NCBI GenBank assembly: GCA_037200965.1
Contig: JBBCGK010000001.1
Span: forward strand, 352,001-416,000
Length of the DNA: 64,000 nucleotides
Direction: 5' to 3'
DNA from: a bacterium
GTDB taxonomy: Bacteria > Patescibacteriota > Minisyncoccia > Phycocordibacterales > Phycocordibacteraceae
Shown: positions 8,770 to 18,400 of the stretch, one piece after another
Position numbering within the stretch: position 1 is the stretch's first letter
How the letters are laid out: every line of letters begins with the position of its first letter
Position numbers and translations under genes: made by a program
Notes under the pieces: generated by a model
Databases searched by the model: none
Told to the model about the DNA's origin: nothing
The model's input: the letters and a program-made list of their open reading frames with translations, nothing else

Positions 8770-9634
8770 ATTCGTTCGGGAGCCTGCCGTTCATAGAGCG
8801 GATTTGCTTCAGGAATTCTTTCGCTTGTTCCGGGTTCGGGACTCCTTTGCCTACCGCCCCGCCGTGCCAGTGATAATCGAACTCTATCTCGGGGACCCCT
8901 TTGCCGGAAATTGTATGGGCGATGATAAGTGTCGGCTTCTCGTAGACAGCTTTTGCTTCCTCGACGGCGTCGACAAACTCGCGCACGTTATGGCCGTCAA
9001 CCTCGAGCACGTGCCAGTTGAACGCGCGGTACTTATCCGCGAGCGGCTCGAGCGGCATGATATCTTCCGTCATTCCGTCGATCTGTATGTTGTTCCTGTC
9101 TATGACAGCCGTAAGGTTATGGAGCTTGTTCTTGCCGATAAACATCGCGGCCTCCCAGATATTTCCTTCGTTCTGCTCTCCGTCGCCCATAAGGCAATAC
9201 ACGCGATTCTTTTTCCCATCCATCCGGAAAGCGTACGCAATGCCTGCCGCCTGCGAGAGCCCGGAACCCAAAGGCCCCGAAGTCGTCTCGAGCCCGGGAA
9301 GCCGGGCTCGTTCCGGATGTCCCTGGAGCCTGGAGCCGAACTTTCGAAGCGTCAGGCATTCGGATACGGGAAAATACCCCGCGTGCGCCATCGCGGCGTA
9401 GCGCACGGGAACGATATGCCCGTTTGAGAGTATGAGCCGGTCGCGCTCCTCCCAGTCGGGATTCTTCGGGTCGTGCTTCAGTACATGGAAATACAGGGCG
9501 GCGAAAATATCCGCCATGTCGAGCGGCCCGGCCGTGTGTCCGCTTCCCGCGGCGACGAGCATCTCGATGATCGTCTCGCGGATTCCGCGCGCCCGCGCTT
9601 CTATCGCCTGCACTTCCTCGTCGGTGAGAGCCAT
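8762..9634 (-). CDS. tkt: transketolase, N-terminal section (TPP-binding domain)
   Basis: GSGHTAGPLDMADIFAALYF, GHPE and LMGDGEQNEGNIWEA (TPP/Mg GDG motif). Split arrangement as in archaea and CPR. Confidence 0.85.
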   Translation of the reverse strand: MALTDEEVQAIEARARGIRETIIEMLVAAGSGHTAGPLDMADIFAALYFHVLKHDPKNPDWEERDRLILSNGHIVPVRYAAMAHAGYFPVSECLTLRKFGSRLQGHPERARLPGLETTSGPLGSGLSQAAGIAYAFRMDGKKNRVYCLMGDGEQNEGNIWEAAMFIGKNKLHNLTAVIDRNNIQIDGMTEDIMPLEPLADKYRAFNWHVLEVDGHNVREFVDAVEEAKAVYEKPTLIIAHTISGKGVPEIEFDYHWHGGAVGKGVPNPEQAKEFLKQIRSMNGRLPNEYA

Positions 9635-9676
9635 TGGTACAAGTATAACCCGCGGCGGCTCTCCCTCGCCCGGGAT

Positions 9677-10402
9677 TTATTCGTAAATGCCGTACTGGCC
9701 CGCGAGCTCCTCGAGCTCTCTGAGTTCACGCGCGAGATCGCCCGCCCCCCACAGGTCGGATCCGACGATGAGCCGCGAGACGCCCGCGGAAAGGAGCGCG
9801 GGGGCGGTCGCTTTGGAGACGCCGCCGTCTACCTGGACGGGCATATCGGGATGCCGCCTGCGGAACATCCGGATTTTCTGGAGCACTGCCGGTTCAAACG
9901 GCTGTCCCTGCCGGCCGATGGTATCGATGCCCATGAACTGCACGAAATCCGCATGCGGCAGATAAGGTTCTATGAGCGCGAGATCGGTTTTCGGAGTGAT
10001 GCCGATCCCGAGTTCAAGAAGGCCGGAGCTGAAGTCCTTGTCGTGCCCGTAGACATGCTCGAGGTTACGGAATACGGCGTCGAGGGGGCGAGCGGGATCG
10101 GCGTGGACGACGAGCCTTGAGGCGCCCGCCGCAAGCCACGTCCCGGCGGCGCGCGCGGGATCTTCCGTCATGAGATCGATCTCGAGCTTGAATTCCCCGC
10201 CGTGCGAAAGGCGCTCGCCGTGGTCCGCGAATTCCGCGAGTTCCGCGGCTCCTCCCCCGGTATAGGGCCAGGAGGCGGGAGACGCGAAATGCCCGTCGAC
10301 CGAGTCGATCTGCACGGAAGACACAAGGCCCGAGAGGCGCGAGAGCTTTTCTTCAAGATCCTCGCGCGAGATCGGCAGTATGGCAGGGACGACGACGCTC
10401 AT
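9677..10402 (-). CDS. rpe: ribulose-phosphate 3-epimerase-family protein (divergent)
   Basis: The ATG at 10402 gives MSVVVPAIL.... The motifs IDSVDGHF, MGIDTIGRQGQPF and VQVDGGVSKATAPALLSAGVSRLIVGSDLWG align by eye with the RPE TIM-barrel motifs. Two canonical His metal ligands appear substituted (Q and D). Confidence 0.65.
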   Translation of the reverse strand: MSVVVPAILPISREDLEEKLSRLSGLVSSVQIDSVDGHFASPASWPYTGGGAAELAEFADHGERLSHGGEFKLEIDLMTEDPARAAGTWLAAGASRLVVHADPARPLDAVFRNLEHVYGHDKDFSSGLLELGIGITPKTDLALIEPYLPHADFVQFMGIDTIGRQGQPFEPAVLQKIRMFRRRHPDMPVQVDGGVSKATAPALLSAGVSRLIVGSDLWGAGDLARELRELEELAGQYGIYE

Positions 10403-10436
10403 GCCTTCAGTATACCGCCTTGTCCCCGTCAGATTC

Positions 10437-10944
10437 TTAGAACATCGACCCGCCCGAAGAATACACGGCGCAGGCGGTCGCCGGACGCGTGGGATCCGCG
10501 AGACTCTTGATGATGGTCGCGCCATAGCACGCTTTCGATTTCGGGCAGTTATAGAAAAAGAGCTTATAATCCTTGCCGTCGGAACCGTACATATAGCAGC
10601 AGTTATTCCCCGCCGCGTTCAGGGAAGAATCGGTCGGAAGGCCGGGAATCGCCCCCGCTTGCGACAAGCCCCGGTATGACGTTGTTCGCGCTCACGCCAC
10701 CCCACGCGCTGCACTGGCTTACGTAATTCGACCCGCCGCCGGTCGACGGATAGCCGCCGGCGTTCGTCGCGTAGACCTCGAGCGCCTGCTCGACCGACCG
10801 GAGGTTGCTGACCCGCTGCGCGTCGTAGCCTTTTTCCCGGGCGGTGTTCAGGGATGCGACGACGACCGCGGAAAGTATGCCGATTATGGCAATGACGACG
10901 AGGAGCTCTATGAGCGTGAAGCCGCGGGGAGCGGTACGGTGCAT
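10437..10944 (-). pseudogene. type IV pilin-like gene interrupted by a frameshift in a G5/C5 homopolymer (about 10653-10657)
   Basis: Frame A (10603-10944) gives MHRTAPRG|FTLIELLVVIAIIGILSAVVVASLNTAR..., i.e. the prepilin motif. Frame B (10437-10667) continues a pilin-like Cys-rich C-terminus (NNCCYMYGSDGKDYKLFFYNCPKSKACYG). Deleting one G in the gggggc run joins them. Either a sequencing error or an authentic frameshift. Confidence 0.55.
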
Positions 10945-10962
10945 GGTCCCAGCGTAGCACGC

Positions 10963-11448
10963 CTAGAACTTCAAAAGGCGCCGCTTGTGCCGTTCATCCC
11001 CCGAAAACGAAGTGGTGAGGAACAGGTGCGCCGCCTCGGCCGCTTCCGAGCCGGAAAGGAAGCGCGCGCCAAGCGATAGGATGTTCGCGTCGTTATGCTC
11101 GCGTTCAAGGCGCACGATATCAAAGCCGTCGATTCCCGCCGTCTCCCGCGCGTCTGTGGCATGGACAGCGTTTTGCGGCCCGTAAAAAACGGCCGCGCGG
11201 ATGCCGGGCACCCGGTTTGCGGCCATCGCCTCGCCCTGGCCGCTGCCCCCGATGACGATGCCGAAGGATCCCGGCTCGTCCGCGACTCTCCTCGCGCAGG
11301 GCGTCACGTAGTCCGGATAGTCGTCGTCAGGTTCGAGGCTGTGGGCCCCGAGATCCTCGACCTCGTAGCCGATCGTACCTATATAGGAAGCAAGCGCGGC
11401 CTTGAGCGCGAAACCGGCATGATCGGCCGCGATATATACCTTATGCAT
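10963..11448 (-). CDS. rpiB: ribose-5-phosphate isomerase B
   Basis: MHKVYIAADHAGFALK... and GIVIGGSGQGEAMAANR are RpiB/LacAB family hallmarks. 8-nt overlap with gap. Confidence 0.85.
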   Translation of the reverse strand: MHKVYIAADHAGFALKAALASYIGTIGYEVEDLGAHSLEPDDDYPDYVTPCARRVADEPGSFGIVIGGSGQGEAMAANRVPGIRAAVFYGPQNAVHATDARETAGIDGFDIVRLEREHNDANILSLGARFLSGSEAAEAAHLFLTTSFSGDERHKRRLLKF

Positions 11449-12454
11449 TGCCGGCCTTAAGCACGTGGCGCACCAGGGACTCCGTATACCCCATTTCGTT
11501 ATCGTACCAGGCGAGGACTTTCACGAGGGTGCCGTCGACGACCCGGGTCATGCCGAGATCGGCGATCGAAGCGAACGGCTCGCCGACGATATCGCTTGAA
11601 ACGAGTTCTTCGTCGGTGGTCGTGAAAAGGCCGGCAAAGCGCGGATCGTCCGCTCCCTTTTTAAGCGCTGCATTCACTTCCTCGACCGTGGTCGGGCGTT
11701 TCGCGATGAAAGTGATGTCCGCGATGGAACCCGCGGATACCGGAACGCGAAGCGATATTCCGTCGAACTTCCCGGCAAGCGGCGCGTATGCCTGGGCGAC
11801 CGCGAGCGCCGCGCCGGTCGTCGTCGGGACGATATTCTGCGCCGCCGCGCGTCCTTCCTTCCGGTCTTTCCTCGACGGCCCGTCGACAAGCGACTGCGAC
11901 GCGGTATACGCGTGCGTGGTCGAAAGGATCGCTTTCTCGATGCCGACCGCCTCGTCGAGTATCGCCACCACCGGGCTCGCGGAATTCGTCGTGCAGGACG
12001 CATTGCTCGTGATGGGACAGGTCGCGAACTTTTCCTCGTTAAGGCCCATGAGCACCGTGGCGCCGAGGCCCGAAGCGTCGTCCTTGACCGGCGCCGTGAT
12101 GACGACGCGCTTCGCGCCCGCCGTGAGATGAGCGTTCGCTTTGCCGTAGTCCGTGAAGAAACCGGTCGCTTCGACGACAACATCGATCGCGAGATCCTTC
12201 CACGGGAGCATTGCCGGGTCTTTCTCGGAAAGGAAGCGCGCTTCCCTGCCGCCGATCCAGAGGCCGCCGTCTTTCACTTCCACCGTAAACGGCGCGCGCT
12301 TATACACCGTATCGAATTTGAGGAGGTATGCGAGATTGTCGAGGCTTCCGAGATCGTTCACCGCGACGATCTCGACTCCCCGTCCCCAGCTGCGGCGCAC
12401 GAATGCCCTGCCGATCCTGCCGAACCCGTTGATTGCTACGCGAATTGGTTTCAT
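11441..12454 (-). CDS. gap: glyceraldehyde-3-phosphate dehydrogenase (type I)
   Basis: INGFGRIGR NAD-binding motif and catalytic Cys region SNASCTTNS. Confidence 0.9.
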   Translation of the reverse strand: MKPIRVAINGFGRIGRAFVRRSWGRGVEIVAVNDLGSLDNLAYLLKFDTVYKRAPFTVEVKDGGLWIGGREARFLSEKDPAMLPWKDLAIDVVVEATGFFTDYGKANAHLTAGAKRVVITAPVKDDASGLGATVLMGLNEEKFATCPITSNASCTTNSASPVVAILDEAVGIEKAILSTTHAYTASQSLVDGPSRKDRKEGRAAAQNIVPTTTGAALAVAQAYAPLAGKFDGISLRVPVSAGSIADITFIAKRPTTVEEVNAALKKGADDPRFAGLFTTTDEELVSSDIVGEPFASIADLGMTRVVDGTLVKVLAWYDNEMGYTESLVRHVLKAGNA

Positions 12455-12485
12455 ATGAGGAATGGTATCACGGACGGTCTCCGGC

Positions 12486-15400
12486 TTAGGGCGCCGGTTC
12501 CGCTTCCGGACCAGGCGCGGGAGGCTCTTCCGGCGCCGGGCTTACGGGCGGCGCGATGACCGTAACGGCGCGCGAAGCGTGCGCTTCGTTTCCTGCCGCG
12601 TCCGCAACACGGTACGTGACCGTATAGCTTCCGGGTGTCGCGGTATCGACTGCGCCGTCTTTCGTGATGTCCGGCGTAAGGTCGCCGTCGCGATCGTCGG
12701 ACGCGCTTGCGCCCGGATCTTCCCAGACGGCCCCTTGAGCGAGATGCGTCTCGGCATCGCCCGCGAGCGTTATCACGGGCGCCAGCGTGTCGGGAGACGA
12801 CGCGCCCGCACCGCCATTGTTTCCTGTCGGAGGCGGCGGGATATCGGTTTCCGGGGTCCAATTCGCCGGGGAGGAGTCCCCCGCTTCGTCCTCTTCGCTT
12901 ATGACGGCAGCCGCGGTCGAGGTCGCGACCTGCCCTTTCGTCCCGACGATGAAGTAATCAAATGACACGTCGCTTTGCTGGGCTTTCTCGAGGCGTATGC
13001 GGAACGAGCCGTTCTTCTTGTCCGCGAGATACCATCCGCCGTTTACGGCTCCGGTAAAGGTCACGAATATTTTGTCCGACGGCGCGGCATACACGTTTTC
13101 GATTTCGACGGCCGTATTGCCCGCGAGGATCATGCCGGATCCCGCGGAGGAATTCCCCGCCGAATCCGCGGCCGCGACGAACCGGTCGGCAACGAGGGTG
13201 CCGAACTGCGCGATTCCCTCCCGGACGAACGCGCCGAAACCTTCGAGCGCCGACGCGAGCGTCGACGAGGCGAAAGTACCCGGAGCCGCATCCATGCCGA
13301 TCGAGCCGTCCTCGAGCCGTGCGATGCGGTCTTCGAGCGAATCCATGCGTGCGCCGATAGCCAGAAGCTCGGCGGAAATCGACTGCAGGCTTCCGAGGCT
13401 GTAGGTGGCGAGCTTGTACAGGTCGATGCCCGACGCGTCTTCCGTAAGCACCACTGACGGCAGGCTGGTGCTCGCGAAACCAAGGTTTGCCGCGACGGAC
13501 GCGAAGGATCCGGCCGGAAGCGCGAAGCCGTCGGCATATACCGTGCCCGAGATTCCGATATCGCCCGAGACAGAAAGCGCCCGGTTTGTCGCTCCGGTCC
13601 TGATGCCGATGTTCCCCGCCGCGTCGACGGCGAGCGCCGGGACGGTCGAGCTTGCGGCAGCGTTTCTGATAAAGCCGGTGCGTGCGTTGAGCGCGTTCAC
13701 CGCGGAAATAAGCGGCGAGACAAGTCCCGCGTAATTCACGGTGTAGTAGGTGCCGGTCACGCCGTTCAATTGCGTCTCAACGGTCCCGGTGAGCTGCGGG
13801 AACGCCTTCGCCACGTCCTGCGCGATGATGCCCACCTGCTGACCCTGGCTGAGCAACGGATCGCGCCAGTTATACGTTACGCCGCTTATGAGCGAGAGCT
13901 TCGAGAGCGCCTCTTCGCCCGTGATCGCCTCGATATTCTTCTTGAGGCGGGAGTCCGACGTACACGCCCCCGAACCGTTGATGACGCACGTACCGCCAGG
14001 ACCGCTGAATGTCGCGTTCCCGGCGTTGTCGACCTTGAAGAGCGTGGTCGTCGCGCTCGCGGTCGAAGAGCCGATGGCGAAGAGATTGTTGCCCGGATAG
14101 AGAGCGCCGTTGTTCGCATGCACCGCAAGGAGCGCGCCGGGCGTCGACGAGGCGATGCCGACTTTCCCGGCAAAGTAGTTCGTGTAGGCGTCGGCCTGAT
14201 AAATGGCGTAATTTCCGGAAGGAGCCGTGGCCGTGCCGAGCAGGAGTTCCGTGTTGTTCGTGCCGTTCGCAAGGCTCTCGACGTTGACGCCGATCGAGTT
14301 GGTGAGCGTGCCTGCGCCTATCGACGTATTTCGCTGCCAGAAGCCGCGGAAGTTCGTTATGAGGTTCCCGGTGTCTACCGAAGGGGCTTCGGAATGATAG
14401 TTGGAAGCATTGGTGGAAGTGGCGAGCGTGCCACTAACGGCGTTCTGGATCGTAAGACCGCTCATCTGATTCACTCCATAGCCGACGGAGGTATTTGAAA
14501 CGGTGATCCGGTTTCGGAGACCGCCGCCTTGCGCTCCGCCGGATACGTTATTGGCCAAGCCCGACCATACTACTTGCGTGTTAAGTCCTTGTATAGTTGC
14601 TGTCGCAGGTGTACTCGAGGCGTTCACCACCACAAAGAGACCGCGCATATTGATGTTTGCGCTCGTTGTTCCGACGAAGAGTGTGTCATTTGTGCCGGGC
14701 GCCGTGCCTTTCACGTTCGAAGTGCCGATGACCGAGTATGTGACAGCGCCACCATTGTCCGCATAGAGATTGCCGTGTACCTCGAGAGAGTTCGCGGGAG
14801 ACGTGGTGCCGATGCCGACATTGCCGTTCGCGAGTACCGTCATGAACGTACTTGTCGCCGTGCCGGCCGTCGTGGAAGCGATGGTAAACAGCGGGGTATT
14901 GGCCGGAGTGGAGACGGAGTTCGAGATGGAGAGGAGCGAATAGGGCGAAGTGGTACCGATGCCGACATTGCCCTGTACCAGGAGTCCGTTCGTCGGCGGC
15001 GCGATGCCGTAGCCGATATCGATGCCCGTGCCGCCAAGCATATGCAGGTTCCCGAGCGCGGATACTTGAAGCGCGGTCGTGGACGCAGTGGCCGTGGTGC
15101 TGCTTGCGATAACGAACAGCGGGATCGTACCGCCGCTTGCGCCGTTAACCGAAAGCCGCGCGAACGGACTCGTGCTGCCGATGGCGAAGTTGTTCGTCGC
15201 CACGTCGGCACGGGCTATCTCAACGTTGCTTTTGCCGTAAAGCTGGATGCTGTTTCCGTTCGAAGCATCAACCAAAAGTCGCAAAACACCACTCGAGGAG
15301 GAATTGGAGATGCCGAAGACGCTGTTGCTCGATCCGACCCATCGCGCATATGCCGTGCCGGAAGTGCCGTCGGTGCGTATAAAGTCTATGCCGTTGCTGT

Positions 15401-18400
15401 TGTTCCCCTGCTTCCCGACCTGGATGCTCCCGGCAACGCTTAAAATCGGCGAGCCCACTTGCGTGGTATAGGGAGCAGTCGTCGTACCGATCATCGTAAA
15501 GCCGCCTCCCGTTGCAAGATAGGTATTGCCCGTCGAAGTAAATTGCGTTGAAGATGCGTTAGCGCTGAATTGTTGTAGTCCGGTCCATGTATTGGGGTTC
15601 GCGACATTGAGCGAGGCGATGACCGCGCCGGTCGTCGGGGTGATAGTGAGCGTGCCGTCGACGTTCGAAACGGAAGTGACGCCGGTCGAGGAGGTCAGAT
15701 AGTCGGTGCCGGGCACCGCGTTTACGATATATCCGCCCGTTGACGCCTTCAGAATGCCCGAGTTGCCGGTGATGGCGAGATTGGGTATCGAGATCGGGCC
15801 CGCGAAGGTCGAAGTCGCCGACGTCGTGGCGATAAAGAACCCGGCGGTCGCGGAGTTACCAAGAAGCGACGCGCCTTCGATCGAAAGGCGCGCGCCGGGC
15901 GTACTCGTCCCCACCCCCACATTCCCGTTCAATATCGTCCTGGCAATGCCCGTGTTTCCGAGCGTGGCGGAGTTCGAGCCGTTGCCGACGGCGTTGTACC
16001 CGATGACGATCTCGTTCGCGCCGCCGGCGGCAAGCGGGAACGCGCCGTAGCCGAGGTAGGTGGAGTCGCTTGCGGTCTGGTTGGGGGTCGTCCCGTCGGC
16101 GATAAATCGGCCGGCTCCCATGCCGATGGCGGTGTTGTGGAATCCGCTGACGTTGGTCTGGAGCGCCGCGAGCCCGACGGCGGTGTTGTAGTAGCCGGTG
16201 GTGGTGAGGGCGAGCGCGCCCGCGCCGATCGCGGTGTTGTCGAGGCCGCTCGTGTTTGAGAACAGCGCGGAGTATCCGACCGCGGTGTTCGAGTCGCCTC
16301 CGGAATTGGCGGCAAGGGCGTTGGTGCCGATTCCCACGTTCCTGATCGCGGCAAAGAGGTGCCCCGGCAGGATGTTAGCCGGCGCCGCGGCGAGCGCACC
16401 CTGGCCGATGGCGATGTTGTCCGTAATGGTCGAGGTGGCGGACATCCACGCGGCGGCGGAAGACGCGCCAAGCGCGAGCGAGCTGTTCGTCGTGCTCGCG
16501 TAGAGGACGGTGTTCCCCGCCTGCTTGTATCCCGAATACTGGTCGGTGTTGACGAAGCCGGCGACGTCGAGCGGATAGGAGGGCGAGGCGTTCCCGATCC
16601 CGAGCCGCTTGTTCGTCTCATCCCAGAAGAAGTTCCGGGGGGCGGCGGACTGGGTGAGCTTCGTGCCGTCGGAGAAGACAACGCCGCCGTTGTAGAAGGT
16701 GGTGGTGCCGGTGCCGCCGTTTGGCACCGTGAGCATGCTGGCGAGGTTGAGGGTGTTTGCGGTGAGGGTGGTGCCGTCGAAGGTGAGGTTCGCGGAGTCG
16801 GTGAGGAGGCCCGCGGTGGTGGTATAGGGGACGCGGTTGGTCGTGAGATAGGTGTTGTACAGGCCGGAGGCGACGGAAAGCTGGGTGGTGGAGGCGTTGG
16901 GGAAAACGGAGGCGGTGGTGGTGGTCGAAGTAAAATAGGCGGCGACGGCCTGGCCGGCGACGGAGAGTTTCGCATAGGGGGAGGTGGTGCCGATGCCGAC
17001 GTTCCCGGCGTTCGTCACGTTAAGGAACATGGTCGAGGTGGTACCGAACCGGTTGGTCGAGGACGCGACCGCGAGGATAAAGGGCGTTATGGATCCGAAC
17101 GGATTCTGGACCGCGAGATTCGCGAAGGGGGTGGTGGTGCCGATGCCGACATTGCCTTCGGTGTAGTAGATGCTTTTGGTGGAGGTGGCGGAGTGCTGGA
17201 AGAAGGTCATCGCGCCGCCCGTGACGACGTTGGTCGCGGCGATGCGGCCCATGATCTGGTTGCCGTTCTGGTTGTAGTGGCCGAGGTCGTCCTCGATGTA
17301 GTTGAGGGAGGGATAATCGAGGTCGCTCGCGAAGACGATCCGCGTGTTGAAGTCGTTCGCGGCGACGTCTTCCTGCGCCGCGCGGACCTGCGACTGGCCG
17401 AGGTCGGACATGGTGAGGAGCGTGCCCGACCGGAAGATGTAGAACGGCATGTTCGCGCCGAAGCGGGCGCGATAGTTGGCGATCATGGTCTTGAGCGCGG
17501 CTTCGTAGCTTGCCTGGGAGACGCCCGGGGTGTTGTCGTTGATCGCCACGCCGTCCGTTCCTCCCTGGCCCCACAAGACGCCCTTGAACACCGGTGTATA
17601 GCCGGCCTGCCGGAAGGCGCCAAGCGCCGCGGTGGTGGTGCCGACGGACCCGCTGAAGAACTCTCCGGTCGTGTCCCAGGTGCCTTTGCAGTTGCCGTAG
17701 CAGGCTGCGGCGACCTGGGACGTCGAGCCGCGCGCGCCGTTGACGAACGCGACCCGGCGGCCGGTGGCGCGATAGTAGGTGAGGGCGAAGGATGCCCAGG
17801 CGCCGTCGTCGTTTGAGGTCCCGGCAAGGGAATCTTCGTTGAGAATCTGTCCGTGCCAGTACTGCATGACCTGGCCCAGGGGCGCGACGGGGGCGGTCTC
17901 GGCGTCCCCGGGGCCGAGCATGTTCGACTGCCCCGCGACGAGGAACACATCGACCTGGTTCCCGAGGCCGAGGTTGAACCAGCCGTCCGTGATGGGATTG
18001 CCGGCTGCGGTCGTGGTGCCGATGCCGGCTTTCGCATAGAGGTATGTGCCGTCGAAGGCGAAGGTGCCGGGGCTTGCGGGGGTGGTGGTGGGGGTGGAAC
18101 CAAGAGCAAGGAAACCGCCCACGGACAGCGTTGCGGATGGCGTGGTGCTGCCGATACCGAGCCTGCCATTAGCGTTATCCCAGAAGAGCGCCGACGAGGA
18201 TGTATTGGGCGCTTGCGTCAATTTCGTACCGTCGCTGAAGACGACACCCCCGTTATAAAAGGTGGTAGTGCCGGTGCCGCCAAAAGCTGCCGAAAGGGTC
18301 GAGGTCGCGGACACAAGACCATTGATAGCCTGAAGCGGACCCGTGAGCGAACCAATGGTAAGCGATGGCGTCGTGACGGTGCCGGTCGCGGAGATGGTGG

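Noticed and set aside
16359-17816. 485-aa plus-strand ORF (and the 767-aa ORF at 20529-22832) overlapping the giant gene
   Set aside because: Antisense shadow ORFs typical of high-GC DNA. Gly/Arg/Ala-rich nonsense composition, no start context. The minus-strand frame carries coherent domain motifs.
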